DNA from: Hamiltosporidium tvaerminnensis FI-OER-3-3
Lineage: Eukaryota > Fungi > Microsporidia
NCBI GenBank assembly: GCA_022605425.2
Contig: CM061249.1
Coordinates: 806,001-870,000, forward strand
DNA: 64,000 bases
Direction: 5' to 3'
Shown here: piece by piece, positions 55,900-64,000 of the stretch
How positions within the stretch are numbered: the stretch's first letter is position 1
How the letters are laid out: each line of letters starts with the position of its first letter
Position numbers and translations under genes: made by a program
The notes under the pieces: model-generated
Told to the model about the DNA's origin: nothing
What the model saw: the letters and a program-made list of their open reading frames with translations, nothing else
Databases searched by the model: none

Positions 55900-56720
55900 G
55901 TAGGATAAGGTCAATAAAGGGGTGATATTATAGGGAAGTAGGATAGGTTAATAAAGGGGTGTTATTATAGGGAGAAGTGGTAAGTAAATAAAGGGGTGTT
56001 TTTTTCAATTTTAAGGTATAATAGTAAATAAAAGGGTGTTATTATAGTGAGAAGAGGTAAGTAAATAAAAGGGGTGTTATTTCAATTTTAAGTTGTAATA
56101 GTAGATAAAAGGGTGTTATTAAAGGGAGATGTGGTAAGTAAATAAAGGGGTGTTTTTTCAATTTTAAGGTATTATAGTAGATAAAAGGGTGTTATTATAT
56201 TCAAGATAAATACGTAAATAAAAGGGGTGTTATTTCAATTTTAAGTTGTAATAGTAGATAAAAGGGTGTTATTATATTCAAGATAAATACGTAAATAAAG
56301 GGGTGTTATTTCAATTTTAAGTTGTAATAGTAGATAAAAGGGTGTTATTATATTCAAGATAAATACGTAAATAAAGGGGTGTTATTTCAATTTTAAGTTG
56401 TAATAGTAGATAAAAGGGTGTTATTATATTCAAGATAAATACGTAAATAAAAGGGGTGTTATTTCAATTTTAAGTTGTAATAGTAGATAAAAGGGTGTTA
56501 TTATATTCAAGATAAATACGTAAATAAAGGGGTGTTATTTCAATTTTAAGTTGTAATAGTAGATAAAAGGGTGTTATTATATTCAAGATAAATACGTAAA
56601 TAAAGGGGTGTTATTTCAATTTTAAGTTGTAATAGTAGATAAAAGGGTGTTATTATATTCAAGATAAATACGTAAATAAAGGGGTGTTATTTCAATTATA
56701 AGGTATAATTAAGGGTGTTA
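55900..56720 (+). repeat. Satellite with 76-77 bp unit (~7 near-identical plus ~3 degenerate copies), two ATAAA(A)GGG(G)TGTTATT motifs per unit
   Basis: tacgtaaata recurs at 56211, 56288, 56364, 56440, 56517, 56593, 56669. Confidence 0.95.
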
Positions 56721-56984
56721 CTAATATATTTTTAAATTTTGCTTTTCTAAAGTTATTTATAGTAAATCTTAATCTATAGACTACCGTAAAAATGCATAAA
56801 CAAATACATATTTATCTATAATCCTATTACTATATCCTAACCCTATCCTAACCCTAAAAAGGCATAAACAAATCACGTTTGTATTCTTAAACACATTTTT
56901 TCAAGAAACCAATATTTTTATTCATCAAATACCTTACAAAGTATCAAAAACAAAAACATAAAAACACACACCACCATAAAATAA

Positions 56985-57512
56985 ATGCACATAACCATTC
57001 TTACACTCTTCATATCAGTACACACATTATACAAATACACACAGTACCCAAACAAACGTGACACACACCAAATATCAGAATTTGATCCAAACGTAAAAAA
57101 ATTGTCACTTCTCGACAAACTAAAGATGTACGAAGACCTTCTAGAAAAGAACAAAGACGAGTGTAACTGTGAAAAACAAAAGAAACACACCAAGGCAGAC
57201 GACAACAGACCAAAGCAAAAAGAAGAGGCGAAAGATAAAGACAAGCCACAAGAAGAAGAGGAAGAGGCGGAGGTGAAAGAAGAAGAAGCAGTCAGTGAGT
57301 GTAATTGTGATGAAGATAATGATTATTTAAATGAATTGGAAGCTGAAAGAAAAAAGAAGAATGCTGTTCTTAAGGCTAAGCAGTTAGAAGATAGAAAGAA
57401 GGTTGAAAAGAATGTTATACCTTCTATAAAAGCAGAGAGTGCTATCAATGATAAGCTTATGAGAGATGCTTATGAAAGGAGATTAAGGGATTATGAAAGG
57501 GCATTCGTGTAA
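56985..57512 (+). CDS. Putative secreted charged protein
   Basis: Signal-peptide-like N-terminus, two ECNC motifs, E/K-rich. Confidence 0.7.
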   Translation: MHITILTLFISVHTLYKYTQYPNKRDTHQISEFDPNVKKLSLLDKLKMYEDLLEKNKDECNCEKQKKHTKADDNRPKQKEEAKDKDKPQEEEEEAEVKEEEAVSECNCDEDNDYLNELEAERKKKNAVLKAKQLEDRKKVEKNVIPSIKAESAINDKLMRDAYERRLRDYERAFV

Positions 57513-57529
57513 GGAACTGATTAAAGGGA

Positions 57530-58030
57530 TGTTAGTGATAGGTTGGGTTGTGAGGTGTTATTGAGGAAAGGTAGTGGTGTATTATAAATAAGGGGGTGTT
57601 AGTAATAAGTTGGAATTGAGAGGGTGTTATTGCGGTTAGGGTTAGGGTTATAATATAAATAAAGGAGTGTTAATAACAGTATCTATCGTTAAAGGGGTTT
57701 TTTTAGGGAAGATAGTTTTTTATTATAAATAAAGGGGTGTTAAGGATAAGTTGGGATCGAGAGGGTGTTATTGAGGAAAGATACTGTTATGTTATAATAT
57801 AAATAAAGGGGTGTTAGTAATAAGTATGTATTGTTAAAGGGTGTTATTGACTAAGGTAATGCAAATTATAAAAAAAGGGGTGTTAGTAATATGGTGGAAT
57901 CGAGAGGGTGTTATTGCGGAAAGATAGTGTTATTTTATAATATCATGGGTACTAATATATAAAGGGGGGATAATGTGTTTATATGAATAACAGGGTGTTA
58001 AGTAGTATCTTATTAATTAAAAGGGTGTTA
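57530..58030 (+). repeat. Degenerate GGGTGTTA-motif array including (TTAGGG)2 at 57636
   Basis: About ten gg(g)tgtta motifs. Confidence 0.85.
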
Positions 58031-58069
58031 TTATTTTTGTCTTTAAATATTTTTTATTTTCTTTTTAGA

Positions 58070-59200
58070 TTATGCGATTGTTGGGGTGTGGGTGAAAAAC
58101 AAGGCAAACCTAAGGCAGATTGTAAGGAGCGTCTATTTTTTCCTAGAACAGAACTTGGAAAAGGCTTAAATAGTATTGAGTAATAAAGTGAACACAAATG
58201 CAACTGAAACTGTTGGATTTTTTGGAAAAAAGTAAAGAAAGATCAATCTGAGGAGTATCATTCCTCAAGTTTGAGAATAATAATAAAACTCATCTTGCTC
58301 TAATAACAGATTTCTTAAAGTAAAATATTGGTTTGAGGAAGAAGCTACTTAAAGAGAACTAGAAAGAGACTAAATAAGATAATTTATATAACGAAATAAA
58401 AAAATAAAAATTTGTTTTCAAAGTCAGATAATAGTAACTAAAATAATCGGTTGAGCGTTAGTGACTCTTCAAGGGGGTCCAAGAAAGGGAATATAAGGCT
58501 GTCATGTGGAAGAGTAGTATTTCCCTATATTCAAGAATAGAATGTATTCAGAGTAGAAAGTATAAATTTAACACTGCAATAAGTCTGGTAAAAAAGTTGG
58601 GAATTTGGTAACTTGATGCGAAAAAACTCTTCCTACATGGCTATATCATGCGGGAAAATGAAGGGGTTTGATACCTTAACTTATTTTTTCTATTTGAATA
58701 AAATTAAGTCTAAAATAGGAATTTGGTTTTATTTATTTCATAAAATTCTTAAAAACAGCATGCGGAGATAAGAGTGAAATCAGGATAAAAATTGATGTTA
58801 AGTTTGGAAAAGAGATCTAACATATTTATTTTAGATAAGATTATAAAAAATAAAATGCTCAGTGATGTAGTAATTACTTCCCAAGACTCACTTCAAATAG
58901 TTGAAATTGAGAAATTTAGAAAGTATGACTTATTGGCTAAGGAATTGGGTATTTTTTATGTGTGTAGTATTGTGATAATCCTCTTATGTGATAACTTGGA
59001 ACAGTATTATAACAAAATGCCATAAGATGTATCTTAAAGGGCCCCAAATACCAATGAATATGAAGTATACATCCAGTCAATATTATTAAGAAGTAAGTCG
59101 GGATATTTTCTTTTGATCTACGAAGAAGACTTGATTCGGGACTAAGTGCCGAAGAGAGCGAGAGAGAGCGCCATTACAGACCTGATGGCTTAAACCCAAT
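58070..59200 (+). mobile_element. 5'-truncated non-LTR (RLE) retrotransposon relic
   Basis: CKERLFFPRTELGKGL; degenerate endonuclease region NIFILDK...DVVITSQDSLQIVEIEKFRKYDLLAKEL. Confidence 0.8.
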
Positions 59201-60199
59201 ATACACTTCTAATCAGCTAAATTGACAAAGAAAGTTGTTTCGAAAAAGAAAATACAATTTATTCCCTACCACCTATGTCTTATGACATAGACACCATAAA
59301 GAAACGGATAATAAATATATACAAAGATTCGGATTAAAAAAAGACATTAAATGGCTCAAAGAGGTAATATAAAATTTATAACAGTGTGAAAACATTCTAC
59401 CCATAAATCTATTAAAGAAGTTTATTTTTTCCTTTTTAAGTAAATACAAAAACTAATATAAGGTTATTTTGAGCAAAATTTGCAGATATTGCATATTTTG
59501 CAAAAAAAACATTTCAATATAAAGCAAGAAAAGAATTCACGCGAATTTTCGAATGTCTTAATACATTTAATCGCTCTAATTATTTTTTATAGCCATTTTT
59601 ATTTTGTTTCGTTAATTTCTTAGCTTTTTTATTTAAAGAAACAAAAAATAAAACAATTTCAAACTGTTATAAAATTAAAAGAAACTTAAAGGACTGTTCC
59701 GAGGAATTTTACGATTTTATTTAAAAAGAATTTTTTTTATTTATGATTTCACATGATGAGATAATTCATCATAATAATACTTCTTGAAACAATTTTTGAA
59801 AAGCACCATCTGCAGGTCGCTCATTATATTAAGAGGCACTCATAATTATATCGGGCAACGAAGGTAAAAAGGTTTTTTTTATAAAAGTCAACTAATTTTC
59901 TTTTCTTAGTCTTTTAATTGCTACCGAAATCTCTATTTGATATCGCCACATCACGGGGATTGGATTTTATACGGAAAAAGTATACTTCTGCATCATTCTT
60001 CCGCGTGCCTCTTATTTGTCTCAATATTTAAGTAAGAACGCTAGAGGGTATATCGATTTGATAACATATACTAAATACCTACATGATTTTCATTAAATGA
60101 CATCCGATGGGTAGCCTGTATTTCTAAGCCATTTTTTTACATAGAGTTCAAAGAATTTCCATATACATTAATTCCATTTTCTTTGCATTTAATGAAAAT

Positions 60200-60760
60200 T
60201 TTGCCCTTGCGATGTTTAAATGCCACCGGAGAAGATTTTTTGATTACTCTGATCTAAGTTTTATTGTGGCTAAACATACTTTTCTTAAATAAATTTCTCT
60301 CTCATTTTCAGCGAAGGTTTTCTCAAATTTTTAACAAGTTTTCTGTTCTATTGTTTAATTACATCTCTCCATTGATCTTGCTTTCGTAGAGAACTCTCTC
60401 TTCTGTGTAATTTAAAATTTTTGTATTCGGCAAATATTTGTTTTATTGTTCAATTAAAAACTCTTTCCTGTTTTTTTTTGTAAAATGCAGACTTCCCTCA
60501 AGAAAAATGAGGCGACCATGCGCGTTTTTAATAGTAGGAGTTGAATTTATCTGCAAAAATTACAGGAAAAAAAACTACTTATAAGTTCTGACTGTGTAAG
60601 ATCTATCCAAATTTGTCGTTATTTATTTAGTATTTCTGCGCATCGACGCAATCCATATGATTTTTTTAGATATAAATAATTTATAGGTGATTCTAAACTT
60701 CATCCGTAGTTGCATACGCTAATATTACTAAGATGTTGGCATGTCTCACAACAGTTCTGT
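60200..60760 (-). mobile_element. Retroviral-type/Ginger-like integrase relic
   Basis: CILQ..NRKEF (cf. ILQSDNGREF) and S(Q)RSMERCN*TI (cf. SQGSVERANQTI). Confidence 0.45.
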
Positions 60761-61371
60761 CCGTTCTCATTCGAACGCCGTGCTTTCATCTGATTTCCAG
60801 GTGCATTGTTTTGAGAAAAATATAAGCTGAAGATTTTATGATTGAAAGATTAATTTCCGAACTTTAATTCTTAGATGCCATAATCTCTCAAATACTCTGT
60901 CATCATCTTATATATACCTTATCTTTTTTTGTTGTATAAATCACCCGCTCATTTTTAAATATTATTTCTTATTGTGATTCATGTTAGAGACTAAATTTCT
61001 CAAAATTTAGCATGATTTTAGTTTTATAATTCATATGTTGCTTAATCATTTTCCTTTCGACAAAAAGTTTTATCCACTCAAATACACTGGTTTTTTCTTT
61101 ATAAAGCATAAGGCATATATAATAATTCAGAAATCTCATTATAATAAAGTTTAGAAGAAAAAAATCGATGCAAATAAATTATTTTATAATTTACATCGGT
61201 TGCCATTTAAGTTCAACAATATATAAACATATTTTCATCCTATAACATGTTATCATATAGAAATAAGTTAAATACTAATAAATTATAGGCTATTTCGTAA
61301 ACTTATTATACTTTGATAATATTCACATACTATTTATACCATGAAACCATGTTTATACCTTAAAAAATTAC

Positions 61372-61659
61372 ATTTCATAGGTTATTTATGAACCAATTCC
61401 TCGTTGATAACATTTTACCACACCGTTATATTTTAAATCCCACCATACACTAATACTGTATATTTCATAGGTTATTTATGAACCAATTCCTCGTTGATAA
61501 CATTTTACCACACCGTTATATTTTAAATCCCACCATACACTAATACTGTATATTTCATAGGTTATTTATGAACCAATTCCTCGTTGATAACATTTTACCA
61601 CACCGTTATATTTTAAATCCCACCATACACTAATACTGTATATTTCATAGGTTATTTAT
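61372..61659 (+). repeat. Perfect tandem 90 bp x 3.2
   Basis: atttcataggttatttat at 61372, 61462, 61552, 61642. Confidence 0.97.
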
Positions 61660-61724
61660 TCAACAGGTTTAACATCAAATCTTAAATAAAAGTAAGAAAA
61701 GTTAAAAAAGTAAGAAAAATCGAA

Positions 61725-62378
61725 ATGAGTGTAGAAAGTTTAAAAATATCAAATAATATATTTAAAGGAAAGAACCCAAGCAACACATATATTTTAGATA
61801 AGAATATAAGAAATATAACCATTTTAAGATACTTATTGAAATATACTTTATTTTGGTTATTTTCCTTCATTCCTTTTAATATATATTGTGAGACACAAGA
61901 AGATACAAATATGAGATTATCTAATCTTAATGATAATCCTTTTATATTTGGAAAAGAAGATAAAATAAGAAAAATGGTTATTAAAGATGAGTCTAGTTAT
62001 GATGAGAGAGATATGGAGATTATAAGAAAGCACAAAGGGAAACCTATAAAATTAGGAAAAAATAAAATTATAGAAAAAGTTATTAAAGAAGAATCTAGTT
62101 ATGATGATGGAGATATGGAAATTATTAGATATATTAATGGTAAGCCTATAAAATTTAAACGGTTTGTAGATAAAATTGTAAAAGAAAATGAAAAAAAGGA
62201 TAAGAATGAAGATAATGAGAAGAAAAGAGTTGATAAGTATAGGGATATATTAAGAGATAAGTTTAAAACATCTCCAGTAAGAAATAAAAAGAAAAAAGGT
62301 GATAAAAATGTAGGGGGTATTAATACAAAGACATATTATAGTCTTAAATATGGGACACCGGTACACATAATAAGTTAA
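61725..62378 (+). CDS. Hypothetical K/D/E-rich protein with hydrophobic segment and internal duplication
   Basis: VIK(D/E)ESSYD..DMEIIR...GKPIK twice; true start uncertain. Confidence 0.55.
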   Translation: MSVESLKISNNIFKGKNPSNTYILDKNIRNITILRYLLKYTLFWLFSFIPFNIYCETQEDTNMRLSNLNDNPFIFGKEDKIRKMVIKDESSYDERDMEIIRKHKGKPIKLGKNKIIEKVIKEESSYDDGDMEIIRYINGKPIKFKRFVDKIVKENEKKDKNEDNEKKRVDKYRDILRDKFKTSPVRNKKKKGDKNVGGINTKTYYSLKYGTPVHIIS

Positions 62379-62429
62379 TGTTAAAAGGTATAGAAGAGGC
62401 TTGAGAATGTGGGTGTTAGTAAGGTTATT

Positions 62430-62675
62430 TATTTATAGTGTATTAAAGGGGTGTTAAAATAATTATATTTGATTATGGTATTAAAGGGGTGTTAATATAG
62501 ATATTTATAGTGTATTAAAGGGGTGTTAATATTTATATATGTTTATAGTGTATTAAAGGGGTGTTAATATAGATATTTATAGTGTATTAAAGATGTGTTA
62601 ATATAGATATTTAATTACAGTATTAAAGGGGTGTTAATATTTATATATGTTTATAGTGTATTAAAGGGGTCTTGA
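62430..62675 (+). repeat. Minisatellite gtgtattaaaggggtgttaatat, ~6 copies
   Basis: Direct inspection. Confidence 0.9.
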
Positions 62676-62870
62676 TATACATATTGATTTGTTTATGGTT
62701 ATTTTCACACTATGTTAAAAGGGTATTAAATTTAACACGTTTAAGAAATAAAATAATTTGTTTTTCTCTTTCTCTTATCTTTTATGCAAAACATTGCTAT
62801 ATCTTATTTAAATATTAAATTTACTAATCTTAATTAGTAAATTCAAAAAATTTTTTATTCATTCCCTTCT

Positions 62871-63782
62871 ATGGAAAAAGATATATCTCATGAATTGCAA
62901 GAGACAGCTTTAAACATTCTAAACAAACACATACCGGGTAATACCTGGTGTATAGAATTATTTACAAAGGGAAATACCAACACAACTCTCAAATGTACAC
63001 ATTTAGCTGGAATTTCAAAAAATAATAAAATTTTAATTCTCAAAATATTTAAAGAAGACAGCAACAAACTTATTGACAGAGAAAGAGAACACAACAACAT
63101 ACTTATGCTGCACAGTTATAAACTTGCCCCACAAATAATATTTACATTCAGTAACGGTTTCTGTATAGAATATGTACCAGGTACTGATTTAGAACCGTGT
63201 AATTTAAAAAAATATTCAACAGAAATAGCAAAAAAGATAAAAGAATGGCATTCATTACCCATAAAAGGAAATACAATACTTTTCCACACACTTATAAATT
63301 GGTACAACCAAGCCTTTTCAACTCATCATAAAATACTTGAAGAATTACAAATTTTAAAAATAATAAATAATTTGAAGATAAAAATAGAAAATAAAAAATG
63401 TAAATTAGCATTTTGTCATAACGATTTACTTGCCAGTAATATTATAGTAGGAGAAGATAATAAAATATATTTTATTGATTACGAATATTCAGGTATTAAT
63501 TATGCATCTTTTGATATTGCAAACCATTTTTGTGAATATGCTGGATATTCTAATAGTTTTGAAAATATTCCATGTGAAATAGAAATTAAGAAATTTCTAG
63601 AAATTTATTGTTTTAAAGATTCTTTAATTTTATATGAAGAAGTACTTTTATTTATACCGGTGGCACATATTTTTTGGGGGTTGTGGGGTCTTAATAAGAG
63701 GGGAGATTTTGATTTTTATGGATATGCAATTTTTAAGATTAAAGAGGGTGTTAGGTGTTATGAAAAGTTAGAGAAAAAATAA
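62871..63782 (+). CDS. Choline/ethanolamine kinase
   Basis: GNTN, LIDREREH, Brenner motif FCHNDLLASNI, FIDYEYSGINY..FDIANHFCEYAG, HIFWGLW. Confidence 0.95.
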   Translation: MEKDISHELQETALNILNKHIPGNTWCIELFTKGNTNTTLKCTHLAGISKNNKILILKIFKEDSNKLIDREREHNNILMLHSYKLAPQIIFTFSNGFCIEYVPGTDLEPCNLKKYSTEIAKKIKEWHSLPIKGNTILFHTLINWYNQAFSTHHKILEELQILKIINNLKIKIENKKCKLAFCHNDLLASNIIVGEDNKIYFIDYEYSGINYASFDIANHFCEYAGYSNSFENIPCEIEIKKFLEIYCFKDSLILYEEVLLFIPVAHIFWGLWGLNKRGDFDFYGYAIFKIKEGVRCYEKLEKK

Positions 63783-64000
63783 AAATTTTAAAGGGTTTTA
63801 GGTGAAAGAAGAGGTGTTAGTGTATCTGGGGTATTGTGTTATGAAAAGTTAGAGAAAAAATTTAAATTTTAAATTTTAAAGGGTTTTAGGTGAAAGAAGA
63901 GGTGTTAGTGTATGTGGGGTATTGTGTTATGAAAAGTTAGAGAAAATTTTTAAATTTAAAATTTTAAAGAGGTTTGGGTGAAAAAGAGGAGGTGTTAGTG
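63756..64000 (+). repeat. Tandem ~81-89 bp repeat beginning inside the kinase 3' end; runs off the window
   Basis: tgttatgaaaagttagagaaaa...gaggtgttagtg three times. Confidence 0.9.

Noticed and set aside
55900-56720. CRISPR-like array
   Set aside because: Intervening sequences are identical rather than unique spacers; eukaryotic context with no cas genes.

Overview
Very AT-rich, intron-free, gene-sparse eukaryotic DNA. Short divergent housekeeping genes, CCC motifs just upstream of ATGs, AATAAA at or near stop codons, an expanded LRR family and GVNN-type coding repeats point to a large-genome microsporidian, possibly Hamiltosporidium-like (inference). Recognisable genes: two near-identical inverted copies of a syntaxin, PP2A B55/Cdc55, 6-phosphogluconate dehydrogenase, Sec61-gamma, choline/ethanolamine kinase, three LRR paralogs (one intact, two disrupted) and a broken Dsn1/Mis13-like kinetochore gene. 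Much of the intergenic DNA is decayed mobile DNA: at least four RLE-type non-LTR relics, a Helitron with an intact 3' end and an integrase relic. Features not shown by the ORF track: a tRNA-headed SINE-like pair, a 5-copy ~700-bp non-coding repeat with a candidate RNA fold, and, from ~52.85 kb, genes that switch from C-rich upstream to G-rich downstream and are followed by GGGTGTTA-motif satellites. All alignments were done by eye.
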